Source: Marsupella aquatica
Taxonomy: Eukaryota > Plantae > Marchantiophyta
DNA length: 64,000 nucleotides
NCBI GenBank assembly: GCA_973895155.1
Contig: OZ316899.1
Coordinates: 8,125,241-8,189,240, forward strand
Direction: 5' to 3'
The translations under genes and the position numbers were made by a program. The notes beneath the pieces were generated by a model. It was not told the origin of the DNA, searched no databases, and saw nothing but the letters and a program-made list of their open reading frames with translations. Positions 13,223 to 25,817 of this stretch are shown piece by piece; the first letter of the stretch is position 1, and every line of letters begins with the position of its first letter.

Positions 13223-13305
13223 AATGGACACCCTAAACTTGCTATCAAAGGTTCTTGGATGTTGGTCCAATAAACTTAGTCACTGTCAATAACAGTTTTC
13301 ACGCT

Positions 13306-13740
13306 CACAAGGGTACGTTGTCAAGAAGGATTCTTACATATTCAACAAGGGAAGAATATTTGTAACAATTTTTATGCTTGGTTTGGGCGATAAGGTACTC
13401 TGACAACACAATCTTGACATATTCAACAAAGAAAGAAGCAAGTCTAACAGTTTTTACACTTTGTCTAGGCAGTAAGGTACTCTGACAAAACAATCTTGAC
13501 ATTCAACAAAGAAAGAAGCGAGTCTAACAGTTTTTACACTCAGTTTGGGCGATAAGGTACTCTGACAAAAAAATCTTGACATATTCAACAAAGAAAGAAG
13601 CGAGTCTAACAATTTTTACGCTCTGTCTGGGCAGTAAGGTACTCTGACAAAACAATCGTCACATATTCAGAAAGAAAGAAGCGACTCTAACAGTTTTTAC
13701 GCTTTGTCTTGGCGATAAGGTACTCTGACAAAACAAAGTC
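13306..13740. repeat. Tandem repeat, ~81-bp unit, 5-6 copies
   Basis: TAAGGTACTCTGACAA...ATTCAACAAAGAAAGAAGCGAGTCTAACAGTTTTTAC starts at ~13391, 13473, 13553, 13635 and 13716. Confidence 0.9.
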
Positions 13741-13920
13741 ATAAGAATCAATAATAGTTTTCACATACTGTTTGCTGATTAAGTTACACTCTTGAGAAAC
13801 AAAGAGGAATTGAGCAAGCCGGAAAGGCAATAACATCCCTTACATGAACAAGGCATCTCTCGGTAGATGCCACTTGAACTCTCTTGGTGCTCAACATTAG
13901 TCTTTCTTCAAGTGGTTATC

Positions 13921-15709
13921 ATGGCTGGCCGTGTGAGGATCACGTTTCCAGACAATGGAGACGTTGTTGTGCTAGCGCCTGATGGTGTTGTTTGGCATAC
14001 ACCAGACAACGAATTAGCTCGTCGATTCGATATTGAGATTGGGGAGTGGGCACTCTTTGAGGCCGGCAATGTCTTACCATTGATTGAGGCAGACTCAGAG
14101 GAGAGTGGAGAGATAAAGGATATGGCATCTGAAAAGTGAAGTTTCGTATGTCCTTCAGCAGAGGTTGTACTTTGTTTGTCTTACTGAAGTTGGTTTGCAA
14201 TCTCAAACTAGAGAGAAGATTTCAGAGTGGCCGGCAGAGGTAGAGCAAGCCGAATTTCTTGAAAGTGTTGTTGCTGCAATGTTGAAAGGGAAAGGCACTT
14301 CGCAATGTGTAAAGGCTGCCCATTCCATTCTCAGAGTGCATTATCCCCAACGAGTCATGACTCTGCCAGAATGGTATGATGGGGATTGCATTTTTGAGCG
14401 CCCCCCATTCATAGGTATCCACACAAAGGGTGCCTTCTTCTTGGGTATGGAGCAGAGAAATGACTGCTACCTGTGGAGCAAGCTCATCGAGACAGGGGCC
14501 CAAATTGGACCCAACCTGAACAAGGGAGGCTTCAAGTATAAGATTGGGAATGTGAGATGCCTGGGCTCTTTGCAATGTCCACATTCAGATTGTCCGGCTT
14601 TTACAAGTAAGAATGAGCGCAATTGCACAGAATGGCAGCGATAGGGGTGGGAGAAATGAGGTTCCATTTCCTGTTGGGCAACTAGTTCCAGCAGAGAGTG
14701 TGATTTGCGCCTTTTGTGATTGGCCTCCTATGTGTATAGCCAAGTGTCCAGCCAAAATGTTCTACATCACTCCGACCTCTCATGACCATTACATTTACAA
14801 GCACATGACACGTGTTTCTATGCATGTTGGGAGTCACTCACATCCGGCCAAATTTGTTCTCAAGAAAGATCGAAAAGCTTTCTTACATAAGTTGATGGAG
14901 GAGAAATTGAAGAAGAATCCTCATGCTATGCCGTTTGTGATCAAGAGTGACACAATTAAAGCTCTAAGGGATATTTTTTATGACAAGGTTGCCGGGATTG
15001 TCACATTTGAGGAAGCGCGGGATCTGAATGAAACATTGGCGATCCTATAAGATCGATCAGTTGTAAGATCTATGATACAGAGCATACGCAAGTATACCCA
15101 TGCCTCATCCGACCTCCAAGTGATCCTTGATCTTCAAAAAGAAAAAGTATTTTCATTTGTCCAGAGCACTCTATTTCCAAACCAGAAGCTAGATACAGAT
15201 GAGCGCCCACACATTTTCAAGATGACTGTAAAGGGTCCAGGGTCTGGAATCGATCTCATTCAAAGGATGCACCCTGGTGGAGATCTACAAGACTCATGGG
15301 TGATGTTTGATGTCATGCATCGGATGATTGAGAAGCAATGGTGCACAATGTCAACTCATGTATACGACCACCTATACAGAGGTCTCTATACAATTTTTGT
15401 ATGCGAGCTAGTTTTGGAAGATACTGTTGCACTACAAACTGCATGGAAGGTCATGAAGCGAGTGTGTAAGGCAAATGAGCTTGACAATGTTACATTTTGT
15501 GGGTTCATTGCCGATAATGCTGCAGCTGGGTGGAATGCAGTTTGAAACATATTTTGGGATGGAAGAGTTAATTCTCAAAAGGAGCGATCTGATGCATTTC
15601 ACTGGGCGCAATCAATGGAGAAGATGACAAAGAAATGCATTCTTCCAGGCAAAGCAGTTGAGCATAAGGAGCTTTTGGATTCATTGAGGGATGCTGCCAA
15701 TGTGGTTCT
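13921..15709 (+). pseudogene. Element A transposase, 5' part (GCM-like Zn domain and first two DDE aspartates)
   Basis: NVRCLGSLQCPHSDC...CAFCDWPPMCIAKCPAK...HVGSHSHP; WVMFDVMHR; GFIADNAAAGWNAV; ERSDAFHW. Collinear with 61160-63145; contains stops and a frameshift. Confidence 0.85.
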
Positions 15710-16192
15710 TGTTATAACCCGTGTCTAAACCTACCTACCTAGGGTTAAACCCCTACTACAGTTAGGCTAAGCCCAACCGCCTAACTACCTAGTCACCTAA
15801 GGAGCTATATGTAATGGTGGAATGATGAATGATTGATTAGTTGTTCTATACATCACATCACGTTATCAGCACGATGCTGATTTTAATCAAACTTTTTTAA
15901 AAATCATCCCTCCTTCTTTTGAGACAGATTTACAACCTTTTAGGAAATGATTTATGGCAGGCGAAGGTGCAGTGGTGGTCAGAACAATCAAGGGGGATGG
16001 AATGTTATAAATCAAGATTACACATGAAACAAATTGGATGCAAAGTCGAACATTGAGATAAGAAATTTCAATGCACCAACTACAATTTGCAATTCCATAT
16101 CCTCTTTCTCAAATTTCAACAATGGAATGAAATTGAGATAGGACACCCAATTACAATTGCAACGTTGTGCTTACCAATAAGAATCTGGCAAT

Positions 16193-19100
16193 ATGTCAAA
16201 GAATTGTATGGAGAAACTCTTATTTCAACCACTCAACATCGATGGTGCCAACTATTTGTCCTGGATGGTTGATGCTGAAGCTCATCTAACTTCAAAGAAT
16301 CTACAGGATACAGTAATAACTGACAATGGCCAAACACTTCAGCAAAAAGAGCAGGCATTGATACTAATCCGACACCATTTGAGTGACTCTTTGAAGTGAC
16401 AGTACATGAACGAATATAATCCGAGAGTCCTTTGGGACGCACTTCAATCAGGCTTTGACCACACGTGCACCATACACCTGCCTGCGGCCAGACATGATTG
16501 GATAAATCTTCGGGTCCAGGACCATAAAACAATTGCGGATTACAATTGCGAATTATTTTGGATTGTATCCCAATAGGCCATATGTGGCCATCCCGTTAAT
16601 GATGACGAACAGATTGAGAAAATGCTCTCTACCCTTCACTCTACAAATCTCATTCTCTCTACCCAATGTTGCAATATGCGATTCACACAATATTTCGAAT
16701 TGATTGCCCATATGCTCTTGGCTGAAAAGCACCAGCTATTGCTATTACAGAATTCCCAAAAATGACCCCCTGGAACTCTCCCTCCAGTCACAAATTCAGA
16801 ATCCCACTACGTTACTACCCAGAGGGGAGAGGGCTCATCTTACCGTGGCCGAGGTAGTTCCAAGGGGAGAAACACATACAGAGGCCAAGGTAGCTCTTTC
16901 AGAGGATGCGGAGGCAGAAGCAACAACTTCAGAGGCAGATCCAGGGGAAGATACCAAAACACTGGCGGTAACTTCAGAAACAATTGGCAACGAGGCAACT
17001 ATCAACCTCGAGCGAGGACAAATCAACAACAAAGCAATCAAAGAGATAAATACAAAAACCCCTCTACCTGTTTTTGTTGTGGCACCAAAGGCCACATTCA
17101 AAAATTCTGCCATGCACCTACACACCTAGTGCAACTATATAAGAACAACACTACACAAAATGAACCTGAGACGTATGGGACTTTCCTAGAATCCACAGAA
17201 ATTATACCAACTATAAACATGGTCATATCAAAGACCACACCTGATTCTAGTATCAAAGAAAAATTTTCCCACTGCATAGTCGACAGTGGTACATTGCATT
17301 CCATTTTTAAGCATAAGGAATACTTCAAGCAAATTATGCCATCCCAAAGAAAACTTACAACGATTATGGGCCAGCATCAATTGGAAGAGGGATTTGGACC
17401 AGCATTGGTCACCCTACCCCATGGGACGATAATTCACGTGGAGTCTGCGATATGCGCCCCAAAAGCAACCAGAAACTTACTAAGCTTTGCGGATATCCGT
17501 GCTAACAAGCTACATATTAAGACGGGCACTCAACAAGGATGGGAAGTCTTGTACATCACCTCGGGGGAACCACCAAATACCAAGATCAAAGAGATCCTGA
17601 GAGCATCACCCCCCAGTTGTTACACTACTGAAATCCACAGCTTCTACACTGGAACACCCCAAGGTACACTTACCGAGATCTAGCACAGGAGACTAGGCCA
17701 CCCGGGAACAACAATGTTCCAGAAACTGATTAGAGAAACCCTGGGCATACCGGAAATGGTCCACCCCACGTCCATGAAAGCTCCCTATTTAGCTTGCTCA
17801 CAGGGCAAGCTCATAATCCGGCCCTCACCACCTACAACTGAGCGCCAAATCCCCCACTTCCTAGAGCGCATACACGCTGATGTATGCGGGCCGATTGACC
17901 CTCCAAGTGGCCCATTCCGATTTTTCCTGGCAGTTATAGACGCATCAACAAAATGGAGTGAGATATCCTTACTATCCACAAGAAACCTGGTATTTTCGAG
18001 ACTCCTAGTGCACATACTAAAACTGAGAGCACAATTCCCCGAAAACCAGATTAAAACACTTAGAGTGGACAACGCCGGAGAATTTACCTCCAAAACGTTT
18101 GAAGATTTCTGCCATGCTACTGGCATTGATGTCCAGTACCCTATGCCCCATGTTCACTTTTAAAACAGGATAGCTGAATCCCTGATCAAACGATTATAGA
18201 TGATTGCCCGGCCCCTCCTTATGCAGACAAATCTACCAACAGCCGCCTAGGGTCATGCCATCCTCCACTCTGTTGCACTACTCAGTTATAGACCATCATC
18301 CTTTAATTCCTCTACCCCACAACACCTAGCACTAGGGACCATACCAAATGTCTCTCACTTGAGAACGTTTGGCTGTAAAGTAATGGTACCCATCCTGGGA
18401 CCTAAGAGAACTAAGATGGGACCCCAGAGACACCCAGGAATATACATAGGTTTTGACTCAGCTTCAATTATCAGATATATGGAGCCTACAACATCCAATG
18501 TCTTCAAAGCACGCTTTGCAAATTGCCACTTCTACGAAGATATTTTTCCCAACCTACATATGAAGCAACTTGACACAGAGAAAACCTCCCAACTTACTTG
18601 GCAAATTGATGCCAACTACTGGAACGACCCAAGGGATAGTCATGCGGACACTGAAGTACAACAAATCTTACACCTAGCAAGGATGGTAGAACACCTACCA
18701 GACTCCTTTGCAGATGCCGCCCAACTGACACGCTCTCATATCCCAGCAGCAAACGCCCCATCCAGAATACAAATGGAGACCCCACCAGCATCAACAACAG
18801 CCCCGAAAGCAAAGAGAGGCCGCCCACTAGGATCTGTTGATAGGCAACCAAGATAGCGTAGAGCTGCCCCAGCACCTGTACCCAGCCCATCAACCAGGGA
18901 TCCAACTCCAAGTCAACCAAATGTACCAGAAGACAATGCAGAGATATCAATCAACTATGGAAGAACCGGACATGTATGGGACAGAGAGCACACTACAATA
19001 GATGAACAATTTGCATTTCACATAGCACAGCAGATTGAAGACGAACTGCCTGACCCCCAAACAATTAGAGAAGCTGAGGCCCAATCTGACTGGCCTGAAT

Positions 19101-20726
19101 GGGAATAGGCCATCCATTTAGAACTGGACTCACTAATAGCCCACCAGGTATTTGGCCCAATCACAATAGCAGAACTTGAAGCACATCTTACAGGGTATAA
19201 ATGGACCCTCGTAAAGAAAAGAAATGCGAAAGGCGAGGTAACAAGACACAAGGCCAGACTGGTGGCCCGGGGATTCACTCGAGTCCCAGGCAGGGACTAC
19301 GACCTCACACACTCGTCGGTAATGGATGTCATTACCTACAGGTACCTGATTACATTTTCACAACGCCACCACTTATCCATGCATCAAATGGATATTGTGA
19401 CAACGTATTTATATGGACACTTAGACAAAGTTATATACATGGAGGCCCCTCCAAAATTGGTGAAACGTACGAGTCGAATACCACAGCAAAGGGAAACAAA
19501 TCCATAAAGCAGCAACTTGGAACTAGCCAAAAACATTTGAGCATACCAATTCAGCAATACTCCACAAGACTGCAGCAAAGATAGCCCTTAAAGTCCCTAT
19601 ACAGAATCAGAGAGACATCACCTAGAGAACTTGATTCGCAATATAGGTGTTAGGATCACTGTATGGCCTTAAGCAAAGTGGCCTGACATGGTACAAACAA
19701 TTTAAGGCCGAGATGCAGGCTATGGGATTTAAGAATGCAGACATAGCGCCTTGCTTATTCTTGAAGCAGGAGAACAAGGAATTTATTATAGTAGCCATCT
19801 ATGTGGACGATCTGAACCTGTTTGGAACTAATAAGATTCTGACTGAAACTATTACACTATTGAAAAATGCCTTCAAGATGCGCGACCTAGGCCAGACTTC
19901 TTTCTGCCTAGGCCTGCAATTTGAGCACCTGCACAATGGCATTTTACTGCATCAGTCCACGTACATCAAAAAGATTCTAAGGCAATTTAACATGGACAAA
20001 GCCACTGCAGTCAGATCTCCCATGGACATTTGCTCACTTGATAACGAAAAGGATCTCTTTCGGAAGAGAAGCGAGATGGAGCCACTACTTGGCCCAAAAA
20101 CGCCATACCTATCTGCTATAGGTGTCTTGATGTTCCTTTTGAACCAGACAAGGCCTGACATAGCCTTTGCCGTAAATCTACTGGCACGCCACAGTGCCAA
20201 GCCAACTATTCGGCATTGGAATGGCATAAAGCGCATTTTCCGCTACCTAGTAGGTACCATGGATCTGGGACTATTTTACCCATCAGATGCTAAATACTTA
20301 CTCATTGGGTATGCTGATGCAGGTTATCTTTCAGACCCTGAGGACGCAAAGTCTCAGACCGGATACATTTTCTTGATGGGCGAGACAACAATTTCATGGC
20401 AAAGTTGCAAGCAGACATTAACTACTACATCGTCCAACCACTCGGAGATAATAGCTCTCTACGAATCAAGTAGGGAGTGTATCTGGCTACGCAACGTTAT
20501 CAATCACATTCATGAGACTACAGGCATACCTACACTGTCAACACTGACGGAAATTCATGAAGATAACAGAGCCTGCATTGAACAAATTCAAGCAGGCTTT
20601 ATTAAGGGAGATAGAACCAAACACATCGCTCCTAAGTTCTTTTTCACACATGAACAGCAAGGAAGTAGTATTCAAGTTAAATGGATACAAAGCTCACAGA
20701 ACATTGCTTATATGCAATTTCAGTAG
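16193..20726 (+). pseudogene. Copia-1 gag-pol (gag, CCHC, protease, integrase, RT, RNase H), many stops
   Basis: CIVDSG; FLERIHADVCGPIDPPSGPFRFFLAVIDAST; RVDNAGEF; YGLKQSG; IYVDDL; GYADAGY; HEDNRAC. Confidence 0.93.
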
Positions 20727-23700
20727 GTCTACGGACCTTAACTGAACTACAAAATTGAACACAATTATACTTACAGTGGAAGCGCTCGTTTTGCTCAGGG
20801 GGAGACCCAATCTGTAGGCTACACCGCAAAGCTTGGACCAGCTCAACTCAAACAGATCTCAAACAAAGATCACAGCAGACATGCTTATGGCAATCAGGGA
20901 GAGATCCGGACCCCCAAACAAACAGCCATTCAAACTTCAAGAATAGCATTCTTTACAAAATTTTACCTTTGATAACAGAGGGAGAAAAGTGATCCAGCTC
21001 ACCACCAACTACTTTACGGATCAATGTTGCTGACTCATTTGAGAAGACAGACACCAAAGCCAGACTAATTCAAAGAATTGATAACATCAGGGGGAGCAAT
21101 GCAAAACCTCGTCTGTAAAGCAGTCGGGAACAAATCTCACTAGCCACAGTTTGCCACATCCGCTTCGCGATACTCCAATCGCGCATAAGAGAATTGATCA
21201 GAGAAGAATCCCCCGACCTTAGCAAGAACAACCACCAACAATGCAGCTGCAAACACCACCGCGACCATACACCAGAGAATCAAGAACACGGCATCACCAG
21301 ACATCGTGCACACCGGACATCGCGCACCCATCAAACATCGACTTTGGAGCAGAGGAATCAACTTAAGCATAGTCCCACTGCCCTAAGTCTACACTACTAT
21401 AGACTCATGCGCATCGCGGCACCGACTTAGGCCTTACAAAAAACTTTGTAAAACACTAAGTAAAAGCAGGAAGCAAAACTGACGACATACACACATAGTC
21501 AAAATGATAAGCTTTTCAAACAATTATTTTCTACAGATTACACTAACTTTACATTACACTATAGCTAGGAGGAAATGGTAACACTCTTTCCCCCTACAAG
21601 AAAGGAGAGGTGGTTTTAATGAGGTTACATTTCCCTCCCCAAATACAAACTTTAAATGACTAGGATCCATTATACTTTTGCGTAGGTTTTTTAGATGGTT
21701 GCCAACATTACCCCGGGTTATGTTACATCCAAGGGGGAGTGTTATGACCCCTACTACAGTTAGGCTAAGCCCAACCGCCTAACTACCTAGTCACCTAAGG
21801 AGCTATATGTAATGGTGGAATGATGAATGATTGGGTATGACTACCATGCGAGGAAACAGGAAAAAAAATGCTCGTAACAGGATTTTATTTGCTGTAAGAA
21901 GGTTTTTTTTGGGCAAAATGGGCCCTTTGCTAGTAATAACTTGCCTCGCTAGCCAAAAATGGCCAAGCAGTTTGGTTGGCAAAAATTACTAACGGTCTCG
22001 AGTTCTACTTTTCATTTCCAACTAGGGTTTAGGCAATCATACAAAGACCACCCCACTACAAACATGATATTCCACCTTATGAGGGAAGAATAACCTCGCC
22101 ATTCATAGTCTGATACAATCACACCTCATTCAATAATGTAATATGATACAGGCATCCTATTTTGTATGCACAAGGAAAAACAACAAGGGTGTTTCTCTGA
22201 ATAACCACCATTTGTTCAAATAATACACCATAAATTAACTGTTTTAAAAATGAAGGCTAGCGACCTCGCTAGCAAAAAAACAACCAACATATGGTATTTT
22301 TGTATATGCTTGAAAAGAACATTCCTTTATTAATGGAAATATCTATGCTCACAACTTAGAAACAAAATATTCTACTCCTTATGGTCATGATATCATGGTC
22401 AAAATATCTCACCCTCCGAGAAATCTAATTAATTAAAACAAAATCCAACTTACTTCTCACTTAAAAAAAAACTCTTTCCAAAGAGGACCTGTCCATCTCA
22501 AACCTCAATTGCCCGTTCAGTAAGATCAGAAATTTCAGGTATGGTTAAAATAGGCTGCTTAACAATATCATCACTATCCAAGTTCAAACGGTAAACATTC
22601 TTAAAAACCCAAAGGATATGTTTGCAAGACATATAAGGTTTTCCATGCGAATGCCGCTTGAAGAAATCTGGACAGGAACAACAAGGAAAAGAGCACAACT
22701 GAATCCAATATTTACTCGACTTACTTGGATTGTTTTCATGAGTAGCAATCAAAAACTGTGATCCCCATCAGTTTCCTTGGACGACTTTCTCAGAAGCTAC
22801 GACCCTCATTTGTTCATCATTTGCAGCCTGAATTCTTTTCAAGAGTTCTCCTATGAAGTTGAAACATTGTCAAGTACCTTTTCCATTCCGTGTCTTCATT
22901 CGTCTATTTGGGTAGGTTACATCAACCTTCTCTGGAAAAGAGTTCACGTCAATGCGAAGTTCCACCCGGTTTGGAGGAGAAACAATGCCATCTGGTTGGC
23001 AGTCCATGTGGTAGAGACCCTCAATTTGAAAACCCATCTGAATCAAGAAGTTGATTTCAGGAGGTGTTAACCCTGTCCCTCGATGAACTTTCAGAGATTC
23101 AGGAACTAAAGGAAGTTGGGAAATCGACTTGCGACCCCTTGTTTTGTGACAGATATTGTTTGGACAGAAGTACAGAAGTTGAGTGTGCGGCGAAGTGATC
23201 CTCAAACCGTGGATGGCAACCCCAACAACACCGCATGATCTTTTGTGATACCCAACTTCCTTGATGAAGTTCCTACACTCGTCTCTTCCAGAAATGGTTC
23301 GATCCATAGACCCATTGCAGACTGGACCATTTCCGTTTCCACACGTCCGGAAGTGCCAAGTCCCAAATGGTATGTCTACTTCATGTACAGCTGGTATTTG
23401 CCGAGGTGGAATATGAATTGGTTCCCCTGTACCAAGAGGAGATACAACTTCTTCATGCAATGGCCTTGGAATTTCTTGAGTGTCATCAATCAACATATCA
23501 GTGCCATTTTCTTCATTATCAGAAAGAAGGATCACAATGGATGGGTCCAAAACAACTTCTGGACCTCTAGACGACATTGAGTGATGGAGTATTCCGGAAG
23601 TTTCCAAAACATCTTGCTTATCTTCCACCACTTTCACACTTCCAAAATCCGAATATAGATTTCTAGGATGTACCCCCCTGGTCACTGCCTCGGTTCGCAT

Positions 23701-24009
23701 TACCCTATCATGTCGATGAGAGTCTTCAGCACCAACTCTTGCCAAAGCAGGACCTTTTTGCTTTCCAGACTTTGTGCAAAGATCCCCGTGAAGTGGTTGG
23801 GTACGATGGAAATCATACTTTGGAGACGACTCAAGCAAAAGATTTGATGCTTAATCAAAAGCATCAAGAGATCCAAGAGTATCTGCATTCTGATATGCAA
23901 GTTTGAAAATGGTTGGTCCATGTCCCCTGTGACATCCCCCAATGTACGCAGCAAAGGCAACAATCTGTCCACCAGCTCGATTTTGATCCAATTCACAAGC
24001 TTCCAACAA

Positions 24010-24156
24010 TGTATGACGTCTCAGAGACTGAGATAAATTCCCTCCAATGTATGACTGAGACGAATTCCCTCCAATGTATGACTGAGACGAATTCCCTCCA
24101 ATGTATGACTGAGACGAATTCCCTCCAATGTATGACGTCTCAGAGACTGAGATAAA
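24010..24156. repeat. 27-bp tandem repeat at a deletion breakpoint in the B transposase
   Basis: About four copies of GACTGAGACGAATTCCCTCCAATGTAT, flanked by a duplicated AATGTATGACGTCTCAGAGACTGAGATAAAT. Confidence 0.9.
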
Positions 24157-25817
24157 TGGAATGCATCACTATGTTCTCTTTCTGGGAACCGGACACCATC
24201 AAAGAAAACATTTCTCACAGCAATCTATCCAGCTTCAGCATTGTCAGCCATAAAACCTGCTATCTCTACCTCACTAATACCATTCTCGGCAGCAACCTCC
24301 AACATTAAACGCCATGCAGTTTCCAAAGAGTTAGCATCCTCAGCTTTCAATTCACAAGTGAATATTGTACAAAGGGCACGGTAAGTGTGATCATAAACAT
24401 GAGCACTGAAAGTGAGCCAACCTGTTGTTATCCTATGCATCACGTCAAAACTCACCCATGCCCCCTCTAAAGTTCCTCCTCTTTGCATGCGACGGAGAAT
24501 GTCAACACCTGAACCTGGACCCTTGGTACTCATCTTGAACACGTGAGCCCGGATGGACTTCCCAGCCTGTCCCAGGAACATGAACCTCTGAAGGAATGGA
24601 AATTTCACACGTGTTTGCATCTCACAAAGTGAATCCAACTCACCTTTCTTGGGATTTCCTATCTTAACACTTCAAAAAATTGCATGGAACTTTGCCGACG
24701 ATGACACAACTTTCATTGAATTACACAATTCAACCTCCTCTTCTTTTGAAAGATCTTGGCATGACTCGGGATGCAAAAGCGATATCAATGTCCCTATAGA
24801 AATGTTCTTCACCCTGGAGGGTGTTGCTAGTGGATGAGCTATTTGGACGCCTTGAATAACTTCTTCCGCTTTCTTCTTGGTAACTCGACACTTCCCAGTT
24901 TGAATTGGATGATCATGAAATCCCATATGCACAGCAAGTCGAGACATATGCTTTGATATATGTGAATCCAAGGCCGGTTTTGCGTACACATAAAACATCT
25001 TAGCAGGACAGGACCTTACACAAAAAGGTCTTTCGTCACAAAACCCGCAAACCAAACCTCCTTCAGGAACAAGGGAACCCGGCTGGAAGACATCTGTAAG
25101 AAGAGACCTTCCTGGGAATGCAGCTTCATTCTTGGCCCCAGTCTCTTTGAATTTTGAACAATTCAAATTTTGACATTGAATAACACCTGTGCAACGGACC
25201 TTGAAAATAGACCAGTGGTCGTGTGGCTTCAGATTAGCAGATGTGGTGACCAATCTTGTCCATGGATATCCATCATTATCACGGTCCATGTCTAGAAGCC
25301 CTTGCCCTCGACCAAATCTAGATTCCACCGGAGGAAGCTCATAGACCTTGTCTCCATTGTAACTTGTGGGAAGCCGGTCAACTTGGATCAACCCATGCAA
25401 CATCTCTTCTGAATCTAGCAAGCTCACTGGCCCCAGTAATCTTCAAGAATGCTTCAAATGCGCCAATTCTATAGACTTTGGTCAATCTATCAGAACCCAC
25501 AGCCTTAGGTTCAACCACCTCCTCCTTCAAATTGTCCACCACAATTGTTGACCCCATCACCGACACCTCATCATTAATTCCTATAGACTCTAGAGGGTCC
25601 AGGTCCACAAAAACCCATTCATGAATCATCTTAGAATTCCGTCCAAGGAAAGGGATCCCTGGAACATCTGCAAATGACTCAGGATCTTCATCCTTTCCGG
25701 AAACAAGCTCAACAATATCTCCAGACTCGACCTCCCAAACTCTTCCTCCATCAAGACTTCTTGGAATGAATTCATCCTTTCGAGCACCATCAACGGAAAC
25801 AAAGAAAAAAAGCTTTG

